37,138 nt of DNA from Neoconidiobolus thromboides FSU 785 (taxonomy: Eukaryota; Fungi; Entomophthoromycota), in assembly GCA_025603075.1 (NCBI GenBank), contig MU626448.1, positions 1 through 37,138 on the forward strand, written 5' to 3'. How positions within the stretch are numbered: the first letter of the stretch is position 1; every line of letters starts with the position of its first letter. The position numbers were made by a program, and so were the translations under genes. Of the stretch, positions 1-10,607 are shown piece by piece. The notes below the pieces were generated by a model that saw nothing but the letters and a program-made list of their open reading frames with translations, was not told where the DNA came from and did not search any database.

Positions 1-32
1 TAATAAATAATATTGAAACCAATTGTATCAAA

Positions 33-3000
33 TTACTTTCTTGGCTCAGATTTTTTAGAGCTGTTTGAATTGGTCTTTGACCGTGCTAATAATCGTTGAG
101 GTTGTCTATTGACATTCGTTTGACGATTAAATGTAGTTGAGCGAATTGGACCTCCAGTAGCTCCAGTAGCTCCAGTAGCTCGAACTGGTTGAATTGGTTG
201 AACTAGCTTTGATCCATTTTTCAAATTTGAATCTTTACGAATAATACTCTTTTTTTCACTCAATTTTTCTCCACCTGATTGAACAGTAGTAACACTTGAT
301 TCGGATTTTTCTTCTTTAACTTGAGGAATTTCATTGATATCAGTTACTACATAATCCTGAGGATTAATTAAAGGCCACTCTTTTGGATATTCTTCAGTAT
401 TAATGTTGAATTGATCTGGATTACTAGTTTCGATCTAAAATAATAAAAATGATTTAAAAAACCGTTATCAAATACTATAATTTAAAATTACCATAAACTG
501 CTCATTCACAAAAGTAGTTGTAAGATTGAGATTCGTGTTATTAAGCTCACTGAGTTTTATGATTTCTGGAAGTACAGATTCATCGACATGTGTCTTGGCA
601 AGTCCAACTAGGTTGTCTTTACTCTTGTTTACTGAGTCATTGAGATGTGACATTGAAGTAACATGATTAGATTGTAGATTTTTTAAAGTTGAAGTCATTA
701 TTTCTAAATGTTTTTCTAATGTCTTATTTCCATTATCAATATGGGAATGACAAGTGTTTATTTCATCATTGTATTGATTTTTGTTGCTGGTTGTTACTTG
801 TTTCATTTCTTCATGAGATTTGTTAATGATATTTTTGTTGTTATTAGTCAAATTAGTAATGTTATTTGAGTATTCCAATGAGACTATGCGATATTTATCA
901 AGAGTCATGGAAGTATCTTCTAAAAATAAACCCTGCTTTTTGTTCTCTTTTTGATAATTATTATTGGAGTTTTCTAATGATTGAGTAAACTTTGTATAAA
1001 CATTTTCCTCATATGCCTCTCTTGAGTGTAACATACTTAAATGCTTATCCATAGCATTAGAAAGATTACTATGATGATAGGAAGAGTATTCTTTGAGAGC
1101 ATTTTCCATAGTAGAAATTACTTTGGCTCTTTGTAAAGCTTCCGACTCTTTAACATCTTTCAATAGCTTCTCAGACCATTCATATTGAGCTCTTAGTTTT
1201 TGTACTTCGATTTCACGTTCCTTTTTCAATTCCTCCATTTGATTATCATACTCCTCGGTTTTTTTTTGAAATGATAAACTATATTCCTGCTTCATATCAT
1301 TAACTTTAACATTAAATTCATTTCCTAAAGCTTCGATTTGATGACTAAAGTCACTATTATTTTGATCAATTGTAATTGAAAATTGATCTAAAGTATCACA
1401 AGTAAATAAAGTCTGTTTTTCAATTAGACCGGTAAGTTCATGGAAACAAGTTGCAAGGCTTCGAACTGATGATTTGATAAACCCAAGATTATCTTCAAGT
1501 TTATCTTTATTAGTCGATGTTAAAGCATTGAGTTGCTCAAAACAATTCTTAATATTACTAGTAATATCTGCTGATTTTATTGTAAGTGAGTTCATTAATG
1601 CCTCTGATACACTATTAATTCCATTTTTAAATTCAAGGTTAGATTTAGATAATTGTTGTAACCTTGAATTTGATTCCTCAAATTTAAAAGAAGTGTTAGA
1701 TAATAACTCATTGGCAAATTTCATATTAGTTTCAGCAGCCCTATACTTATCGCTAACAACTTTAAATAAATCTTCCAATTGTTTACTTTTCATAATAGTA
1801 GTATCTAGTAAATCTCTAGCTACTTTATCTAATTGGGCTTCACTCGATAGATAAGCATCATTTTGTCTCTTTAAAGTTTCAATCTTCAATAAAGCTTCTT
1901 CAAGTTTCTTATTGCTGGTTTCTAAATGAATCTTGGTTGTTTCAAGTTCATTGGTTTTCTCATTAAGTTCATTATCCTTCAAAATCAACTCTTTTTTATT
2001 CTCTTCAAACTTGTTACTAAGATCTGAATTTATTTGTTGTAATTCATTAATTTCCGAGTTCAATCTCTTAGTTTCAAATTCCAATTCTTTAGATCCATTG
2101 GTTAATTTTTCATAAACATCATTAGCTAAATATGCCCCATCTTTATCGCGTTGTGCCTTTAAGCTAGCTGCCATTTTTTGATATTCTGTTTTATATTCTA
2201 AATAAAGAGCAGCTTCTCCAAGAGAAATGTTAGCTCTAGGTCTGTTTTTGATAGACATTGCTTGTGAAGCATATTTAATTGTATTGATACTTTCCTTTAA
2301 ATCGTTCTCAAGTAAAGAAACAGTTGCTATCATGCGTGTTTTTGTGCCACCACCTAATGAATCTTCAAGGATACGTGTTAATTTGGAATTTCTAAATGTT
2401 AAGCCTCCAGTTGAATTAGGGTTCAATTTAGAAGAACTTCTATCAGAAAGATCTTTTATAATTTGACCTAAAGTAAGTAAAGAACGATTGATTTTACCAG
2501 CTTCAGCTGCTTGAGCTTTTTCAGCACCTGACCTTGAAATATCTTCGGATCCAGCAAGATCTACAAGATGTAATTTGCCTGTCGTGAAATACTTTTCATC
2601 GCCATTTTTTGAATTGATTTTAATTTTAAGAGTATATATACAATGAGAACGACTTGAGCTCTTATTAAGCTTTGTTGAGGCAGTATGACGCATGGCTGCT
2701 CCTTTTTCTAATAAAGCAACACCTTCAGATGGGTTAGTAATTACTGTTTCTGCTAATCCTTTAATAACAAGATCCTTTTCAAGCCCTTTAATAAGAATAA
2801 GTTTAGATAATTCAGTACCTGGTTCGTTTGCACCAAGAAGGTCATAAACCTCCTCATTATAAATTTCAATCATAGAAACCTTTATCAATGACATGTTTTC
2901 TTTGTCTGATTCAAGTTTCTCAAATATTTCATATAAAGTTCTTGGTATAATACCTGAATTACCTGAGGGCATAAACTGTACTTCGTCTAATTTTCCTTCC

Positions 3001-3416
3001 ATGGTATGAGTCTTTCCTGTACCAGTTTGTCCATAAGCAAAAAGGGTACAACTATATCCTGATAATACTTCATCGATCATTGGTGAGACTATTTCATCAT
3101 AAACTGCTTTTTGTGAGGCTGCAGGACCAAATACTCGATTAAAAGAATAAGGTCTAGTCACATAACGCTCAGAAGTTCCTTCTTTATAACTAACTTCATT
3201 ATTTTCTTCAGAAGCTTCAATGCCTATTTTTTTACCAACTAAAACACTTTCTGGACCACGACAACGAATGTAAACTTGGATAGGACAATCAATTGGTGTA
3301 TCTTTTTCTGGTTCATTTTTACGTTTTTTAAGGGCAGGTGGAGGTATACTTGAATCTAAGGACTTAACTTTATTTTCTAATTTTCTATTAAAACTATTGG
3401 TTTGTGGAATGGACAT
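33..3416 (-). CDS. bimC: Kinesin-5 (BimC/Eg5 family) motor protein, 2 exons (3416-492, 434-33), about 1108 aa
   Basis: N-terminal motor with FAYGQTGTGKTHTM (P-loop), SSRSH (switch I), LVDLAGSE (switch II) and INRSLLTLG, followed by a long coiled coil. A GT-AG intron at 491-435 joins the 982-aa ORF in frame to the 33..263 ORF. Confidence 0.9.
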
Positions 3417-3720
3417 TTTGAGACAAAGTTTATAAATAATTAATCTTTAAAAGATTCAAACATAGAACAAAATCTTATTGAAAATGTAAAAAATAATTGT
3501 TTGCCTATCTCTTTAATTGGCCAAAAGTTAAATTGGGCTGCAAATCATTGAGGTTGTAAATTTATGGGAACAAAACTTAATTCTATAATTTACCCAATGC
3601 TACTCTAATTTTTCTTTGTTTTCTAATTGGTTACGTATCCCTTCCGAAATCTATCCCTTGCTTAAATATGCTATGCTTTATTAAAAAAACATAATCATAC
3701 CAATAAATGCATCCATTATT

Positions 3721-4143
3721 ATGTCTTTGTTTAATTCACAGGAAAAATTGGTGATATATCTAAAGAAAAAATTAAAGGATCTATATATTCATACTAATTT
3801 TGTAGATTCTCATGGTTATAATAGTCTAGATGACTATGTGAGATTTGGAGATGTTTTTTTTTGATTTCATCACTTTTATTTTTTAAGCATTATTCGAGTG
3901 GAAGATTGTTAGTAAAGTTAAATAAAAAAATACATCCCGGCTTGTTGATAATGCTAATTAGTATATATACAACAATGACCAATTAATTGATGATGCTAAT
4001 AAATGCTTATATGCAAATTATAATTGTACCATATTTGAAGTTAATAAAGAGCTATTTGATTGAGATAAACTAGATGTAATGTATGCGAAGAATACAGATT
4101 TTAACCTAAATAGAAAGACACTTGGGATACTACTGGGCCAATA
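3721..4143 (+). pseudogene. Possible decayed ORF of unknown family, interrupted by a MITE
   Basis: ATG at 3721 opens 42 stop-free codons (MSLFNSQEKLVIYLKKK...DDYVRF) up to the MITE at 3847. After the MITE, about 67 codons carry 2 internal stops. No family recognised. Confidence 0.3.
3847..3938 (+). mobile_element. MITE copy (degenerate)
   Basis: ggagatgttttttt...aaaatacatccc matches the family consensus. Left flank is ATTT; right TSD is not preserved. Confidence 0.75.
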
Positions 4144-4217
4144 AATACTTTATAGAATTAATTAGAATTTCGATAATTTAAAAAGAGATGATTAAACAAA
4201 GCAATATAATAGTATAA

Positions 4218-4313
4218 GGGGATGTTTTTTTGGTTTCACTACTTTTTCCATTTTTAAGCGCTATTTGGCCAGAAAGGCTATTAATAAAATTCCTAAACAA
4301 AAGATATATCCCC
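4218..4313 (+). mobile_element. MITE copy
   Basis: ggggatgttttttt...aagcgctattt...atatatcccc; flanks ATAA / ATAT. Confidence 0.8.
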
Positions 4314-5021
4314 ATATATTAAGGCTATTTGTTAAAAAATATTTACCTATTTTATATCCTAACAAATTGTTTAAAGTCTTTATCTATTATAATAACACGC
4401 TATTTATCATACTTGTAAAAAAGTATAAAAAAGTGTAAAAATATACTTTAGATATTAAAAGAAAATATAACATTCCTATATTTCTAAAGGTGGGGGTAGG
4501 TATCCTTATAAAATCCCAAGATTTAGTACTTGTTTTTTTTGCTTTTAATTTTATAGGTGTGAAATCTGATACTCAGTGTTTAGAGTCAAGAATAGCTATT
4601 GCTGGGTTGACTACACTATAAGTCGAAAGGTCTTAGTTTATGTGACTAAGACAGACTTGGATTATGAGGAATAGCACGTAATAGGTTACAAGCTATATAA
4701 GACAAATAAAATAGACAATACTAATGTAAATCTACGTAAAATACTATTAAGAAAACTTGGTGGCTTTGTTAAATGTTTGAGATATTAGGGAATAATTCAG
4801 TTAAAAAGCCTCGAACTATTATACTCTGTAAACTCTTTTATACTCTGAAAAGTATAAATATCAAAATGAGAAGATAATATTCTTTGAGATGGAGCTAGAA
4901 GTTCTCATAGCAAATCAAAATAAGAACATGGGATTGATTTTCTCTGAACTAGAGAACACAACAGCTTAGGCGATTGTTATGCTATAATTAACCATGGGAC
5001 TGACAAAGCGATGTTTCACAT

Positions 5022-5120
5022 AGGGATGTATTTTTTTATTTGTGAACTTTACTAGCAATCTTTTCCACTCAAATAATGCTTGAAAAATTGAAAAAGTGAT
5101 AAAACCAAAAAAACACCCAC
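5022..5120 (-). mobile_element. MITE copy (reverse orientation)
   Basis: agggatgtattttt...aaaaaaacacccac, 99 bp; flanks ACAT / ATAT. Confidence 0.75.
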
Positions 5121-5362
5121 ATATACTTACTCTTTTGTTTGCAATATTATTTAGTTTTAAACTTCAAAGACATTAATTTATACAATATGATAATAACAAA
5201 ATAAAACAAACATTACAATGATAAATTTTAATTATTAAAATAACTTTGTATTATATATATATTTTTCAAATAAGCAAATTGTATAAGCTATAAACAGGTG
5301 ATTTAAAAATACCTTCAAAGTAACATACCACTTTAAAAGACTGTAGGAAAAACATAAGTAAA

Positions 5363-5461
5363 GGTATTTGTTTTTTTGACTTGATTGCTTTTTCCATTTT
5401 TTAAGCATTATTTAAGTGAAAAATTTGTTAGTAAAATCTTTAAACACAAAAATACATCCCC
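5363..5461 (+). mobile_element. MITE copy (left arm of an inverted pair)
   Basis: Ends in aaacacaaaaatacatcccc followed by ATAT; left end degenerate. Confidence 0.8.
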
Positions 5462-5511
5462 ATATAGTAAAATTTTTCAAGATAGATCAATAAAAGGCCT
5501 GAATATTATAT

Positions 5512-5609
5512 GGGGATGTATTTTTGTGTTTAAAGATTTTACTAACAAATTTTCCGCTTAAATAACGCTTAAAAAGTGAAAAAATAATGAAGTTAAAAAA
5601 AACAATCCA
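5512..5609 (-). mobile_element. MITE copy (right arm of an inverted pair)
   Basis: ATAT then ggggatgtatttttgtgttt...aaaaaaacaatcc; reverse complement of the consensus. Confidence 0.85.
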
Positions 5610-5928
5610 TGTTGTCTTTTAAAATTAGTAATCTCACTGTAATGAGTTCATATTTAAATATAATTTATAATGTCAAACCTAACTTCCAATGAAAAATTTA
5701 TTTAATTGTTATATGATATTTAAAAACTATTGTGTTTAATACCATTAATCAATAAATGTTTTTGTTTTATTTAATATTTGAATATGATATTAAAAACAAA
5801 CAGTCAATTAAAGTATTAAGTAAAAATACTAGGCAATTAATAAAAAGTATAGGTATTTTGCTAAAGATAAAACTCAAAATACTCCCACTTTGAACTTTAT
5901 TTAACTACTTTATTAAATAAGAATTTAT

Positions 5929-6195
5929 TTAACCATAACGCACTTTAGTAACAATATTTTCATGGTCAATATGGACATTAAGTCTATCTTCAACAAAGTC
6001 CATAGTGCTCATACTATCTGGTTTTAAAACTCGATGTTTATCTGGTAAATCTTGTTTGGTAACCTAAAGGAAAGTCAGTACAAACAAAACTCAGTCTATA
6101 TGAAAACATACCTGGTTACTACCACTACTTACGCTTTCTCCTTCATTAAATTTTCTACCAACTAATTTAGCTTCCCAATGTTCAATGTTTTGCAT
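5929..6195 (-). CDS. Small peptidase-inhibitor I78-family protein, 72 aa, 2 exons (6195-6112, 6063-5929); absent from the ORF track
   Basis: Spliced translation MQNIEHWEAKLVGRKFNEGESVSSGSNQ/VTKQDLPDKHRVLKPDSMSTMDFVEDRLNVHIDHENIVTKVRYG*. The pattern RVxxPxxxxTMDxxxxRLNVxxDxxxxVxxVxxG is typical of I78 / potato-inhibitor-like proteins. The intron is 48 nt, GTATG...TTTAG, phase 0. Confidence 0.8.
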
Positions 6196-6664
6196 TTTTT
6201 GAATATTTCTTGTTATAACTCTTTAAATCGTAGTTTAAGTTCTATTCTATTCTATAAATATGAAAATTATGTTTACTTTAAATAACCTAGTTTATTATTA
6301 ATTTGTTTAAAAAGATAACTCATTTTTATTTTTATTTCCTATCTTAAGCATTTTTTATATTAAGACGTCATTAGTTGATCATTAAAATTTAGTGCTGTTG
6401 CTATTTTGAGAATTTTTAAATTTTAAATTTAAATATTGCAAAATGAAACTATAAAAACAATATTGAGATTTATTAAAAACAAAAAAATATCTAAGAATAA
6501 GCTTCGAATTATATACAATAAGTTGCCGGTTATTCCAACAATGATTAGTAGATATAAGAACATTTATAACACATAAGAGCCTATATTTTAATATTTATAA
6601 AAAAACATGGTCTTACAGAAGATTTTTCCTCTTATTTCAATTACTTAATCTTATTATATAAACG

Positions 6665-7059
6665 ATGGCGGATCCTATATCGACTATTATACAACATTTT
6701 GCATTAATTATTGTAACCCTGTATGTTTATAACTCCACGTTTGATCTCGTTAGTGTGAATATATAATTGTTACCACCAATAGCAACCACATACAGAATAG
6801 AATAGTAGATAACTATTTAAAACCAAAAACAAATATCGTAGTAGCACAAAACGAGAGCACATTGAGTTTCAGGCGTATAGTTCTATATATTGCAGTATTT
6901 GATGCTTATGAATTCATTTCAAAAAAACTGGATTATAAAAATCTTATTACTTCACTTCTATTAGCTATATATACAGCTCAGACTTTGGATTATCATTTGT
7001 TTCAAATGACAAAAAAGTATCCCTCCCTATCTTTCAAAATGGTTATGATATTAAAGTAA
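6665..7059 (+). pseudogene. Pseudogenised paralog of the 125-aa membrane protein at 8965-9342
   Basis: MADPISTIIQHFALIIVTLYVY...*...RIE** followed by a frameshift. The 3' part (AVFDAYEFISKKLDYKNLITSLLLAIYTAQTLDYHL...KKYP) aligns with AVRDVYEFIFQKIGFSSFSTSLILAIYTTQALDHSL...EKYP. Confidence 0.75.
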
Positions 7060-7280
7060 TATTGCTTTTTTTAATAAAGTTAATGATTTAACCAAATCTA
7101 AAACTATATACATATTTTATTGAGAACATTATCATTTAGTCGTTTTTTTAACCTTGAAAGGTAAAAACTCAAATACTATTTCATAATAATTAAGTTTTTA
7201 ATGGCTTTAATTCTAATGATCAAGTCCTCAATATAAGTTTGCTGCTGTTTTCTAATATTTGTTGTAAATACTAAACTGGT

Positions 7281-7361
7281 TTACAAGGTTTATTCATTTT
7301 TTATATACAGCAGTGGAAGCTTCTTTGACTTAAAAAAGCAATAAAGTGGCTAGAAAGATAG
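7281..7361. repeat. Duplicated 3' flank of the tandem membrane-gene array (second copy about 8535-8620)
   Basis: tttattcattt-tatatacagcagt--aa-cttctttga-t-aaaa-ag-aataa-gtg is shared by both loci. Confidence 0.75.
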
Positions 7362-8108
7362 ATTATGTAAACTTGGAGATAAAATCAAAAATTATTATTA
7401 GAATGAAATAGGATTTGATATATAAATTTATTAAAAGCTAAAAATTTACACAAGAGCAGGTGTAATTATAGAGCTAACTTAGATTCGGATATGCAGTGTC
7501 TAGTGATAGTTTCCAATCAATGTTTTATTGAGAACTTCGAAACACAAGTTGTTTTTAGCTTTTGGGGACAGTTAAAAAAATTAAAATAAAAAAATAGATA
7601 AACAAAATAGCCTGTGCAAATTAAGCTGGATTTATCAATAGAGGACTCTCAAAATCAGAAGCTGATTTCAAATTGCATTATATTTTGAAACCAATTTCTG
7701 TTTTGATGAGTTTCTTAATAAAATTTTAAAGTATTTGGTATTAAAACAATTATATGCAAAAAAAGCACTTTTTTTCAAAATTCGAAAATATACAGCTTAT
7801 ATAATGGATAGAAAAAACTATCATTGTTTTATTTTTATCTCAAGCACTCTATTTCAATAAACTTTTATGTTTAAATTTTTAAATTTATTATCAGTTTCTT
7901 ACTAGAATTTGTATAATTAAAATATGGTTTTTTACAAAGCTTAGTGCAAATTATATTTTTTACATATTATACAACTAGAATTAAAAACTTTTAGTGCATT
8001 CATTTTCTATTTTAGTAACTATACTTGAAAAATAGTTGGTAGGTTATTTAGAGATATTAAATCATAAAAACCAGCTTTTTTCTAGTCGCTCCGTTTGATT
8101 ATAATGAT

Positions 8109-8350
8109 ATGCTAAACACTGTACCAACTATTGCACAATAATCCATGTTTGACATTATAGCCTTATACACTTACGACTTCATTTTCGATCTTCTTGGTTC
8201 TTCATCTACCAGTATTCCTTGTATGTGAGTACATTTTTAAGCAAATTGAATATAAAAAGCTATCGTCTTTATTTCTCGTTAGTATGTATGCAACAGCAAT
8301 TATTAGTAGTCGTTTGAGAAAAATAATATAAATTATATGAACCTTTCATT
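8109..8350 (+). pseudogene. Second, internally deleted pseudogene of the same membrane-protein family
   Basis: MLNTVPTIAQ*SMFDIIALYTYDFIFDLL, then in another frame EYIFKQIEYKKLSSLFLVSMYATAI. Both pieces align to the intact paralog, and the downstream flank is duplicated. Confidence 0.6.
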
Positions 8351-8964
8351 TAATAATGATATTAAAATTAGAATATTTTTTTTATTAAAGTATTTAATTA
8401 AATAATAAAAATAAATTATTCATCAAACTAGTTTTAGTAAATATTTTAAAAAGTGCTTTTTATTTAATAATTCAAGTTTATAAATATTATTTGTTCCTTT
8501 TTTTAAATATTTATTATAAACTATATTATATCGATTTATGAAGATTTTATTCATTTCATATATACAGCAGTAAAAACTTCTTTGAGTGAAAACAGTAATA
8601 ATGTGATTGTACCAGATAAGCTCTAAAATTTTAAAAACTAATAGTGAGGTATAATTTTTTAAGTAATCTCACTACAAACATCTGTAATCAAAATCAGTCC
8701 AATCATAATATCTCATCCATTAGTGTTATATTACAATATATCCTAATATCCGAGTAATTCTATCAATGAGTATAGTTCGTAAATTTGCTAAAAACGTAAA
8801 AAGTAATACTCAAATAAGGAACTAATACGCAGCAAGATACCTATCCTAGTAGTTATTAATAGCTTGGCATTTTGATAGTTAAAATTAATGCTTATTTATA
8901 TTAAAAATGTGGGTTTACAAAAGGCTCTACTCCAACTCTATTTAATAAACTTATTGTATAAGCA

Positions 8965-9342
8965 ATGGCTAATATTACGTCAACTATTATACAGTTTTCT
9001 ATAGCCCTTATAGCAGTTCCATATATATATGACTACTTTAATGGCCCCTTTCATCAAATTCTGTACTTGTTTCCAATAATAGCAGTCATCTATATGATAG
9101 AGTGCATAAGGGGCTACTTAAGATCAAAAGCAAACGACGGAACAGTACTAGGCGGAGCTATATCGATTTTCAAATACGTCGTCCTTTTTATAGCAGTACG
9201 TGATGTTTATGAATTTATTTTTCAAAAAATCGGATTTTCCAGCTTTTCCACATCACTCATATTAGCTATATATACTACGCAAGCTTTAGATCATTCTTTG
9301 AAAGAGACGACAGAGAAATACCCTTATATTTCAAAGTGGTAA
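8965..9342 (+). CDS. Hypothetical small membrane protein (125 aa, about 4 hydrophobic helices), intronless
   Basis: Intact ATG-to-stop ORF. Two decayed paralogs upstream support that it is a real gene. Confidence 0.7.
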   Translation: MANITSTIIQFSIALIAVPYIYDYFNGPFHQILYLFPIIAVIYMIECIRGYLRSKANDGTVLGGAISIFKYVVLFIAVRDVYEFIFQKIGFSSFSTSLILAIYTTQALDHSLKETTEKYPYISKW

Positions 9343-9718
9343 TGGACTAAAAAGCACATTTGAATAAAATTAGCACTTTCACATATATGTATGTATATAG
9401 TTTATTAAATGATTCTATTTGTTTTATTCTTTAAAAATTGCTTTGTTTTGAATATGCAAAATTAAAATAACTTCATAATACACTTTTTTGATCTTTATCA
9501 CATTGAAATATTATCATTGTGTTTTTTATTCGTCTCTTGCAAATATCAGTATGTCTTTCTGAACAAAAAATAGTAAAATGTTTATAGAGGTAAGCTTCGG
9601 AAATTCAAAAACAAAATAAAGATTTTATCTATTGAAATGAAACTTATTAAGTGAGCTTATTGTATATATTCCAAACTAGACATTTATCAAACAAAATAAA
9701 TACAGATATGTGGATAAT

Positions 9719-10076
9719 TTAAGTATTATTATTTTTAATGAATTTAATCTCTTTTTCAATCTTACTACTTAATTCATTCATATTAACTTCTAACTCATCT
9801 AATCGCGTTTCATTCGTACTATCAGCTGAAAAGGAAGATATATTGGAGTTCAAGTTTTGTTTCAAGTTTAAATAACTTAATACTGGAGCAATGTCATCTA
9901 TAAAAAGAAAAATGTTTAATTGCTATAAAATTTTCTTTCATAAAATGAATAAAATTTTATATCGCTGCCTTTTTATTACCTGTTTTTTCAATATTTGAGT
10001 ACGTTTCATCATTTTTTATTATTTCATTTAAGTCTTCTAATATTGAATTAAATTGTATATTTGATACTTTGTCCAT
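9719..10076 (-). CDS. Hypothetical 91-aa protein, 2 exons (10076-9980, 9897-9719); absent from the ORF track
   Basis: MDKVSNIQFNSILEDLNEIIKNDETYSNIEKT/DDIAPVLSYLNLKQN...RLDELEVNMNELSSKIEKEIKFIKNNNT*. An 82-nt GT-AG phase-1 intron keeps the frame. The C-terminus looks like a coiled coil. No family recognised. Confidence 0.5.
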
Positions 10077-10607
10077 TCTCTTTTAAAAGTTGAACTTAAT
10101 TTTCAGATATTAAATTTTTAAGTTTCATATTAGATAAATTTTGAATTTGAAATTACAGTTTTTTATAACCTAGTTTGAGCTAGAATTTTTATAGTTATCC
10201 TTACATATCCGACTAATATATCTTTTAATTAGCTTTTTTAAAATCAGATTCTCTCTATATAGAATCTATTTAATAAATTACAACGAGTATAAACAAAAAT
10301 TTAGTTTAATTAATAAAGAAGATAAAACGAAAAAACAGTTTAGAAGAGAGAGGAAGGGGTACTATAGAATAAAGTTAAACACAAAAATAGTAACAAGTTA
10401 AGCTCTTTTAGTCTCAAACTTTAGTTTTAAAGGCTGTAAAAATAATTCATTTTGACAAAAATTGGACGATTCATTAAGCTCTCTCAAATACAATGCACCT
10501 AAGACTATATAATGAATATACAAAAAAATGATAACAAAGTTAAGCTTCTTTGGGATTTTAAAAAACAATATTACAAAAAAGAAGAGAACCAAGCCCTTTT
10601 AACAAAT

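Noticed and set aside
151-180. (GCTCCAGTA)x3 tandem repeat
   Set aside because: Simply encodes TGA-TGA-TGG (Thr-Gly-Ala) low complexity in the kinesin tail.
1474-2466. Three plus-strand ORFs (126, 60 and 79 aa)
   Set aside because: Antisense shadows of the kinesin CDS with Ser/Leu/Phe-rich composition.
4621-5020. Stop-poor plus-strand stretch that might be a pseudogene
   Set aside because: Needs a frameshift and several stops, with no recognisable motif; not supportable without a homology search.
10398-10592. 64-aa minus-strand ORF
   Set aside because: Lies in the kinase 3' flank, has a non-ATG start and AT-rich low complexity.
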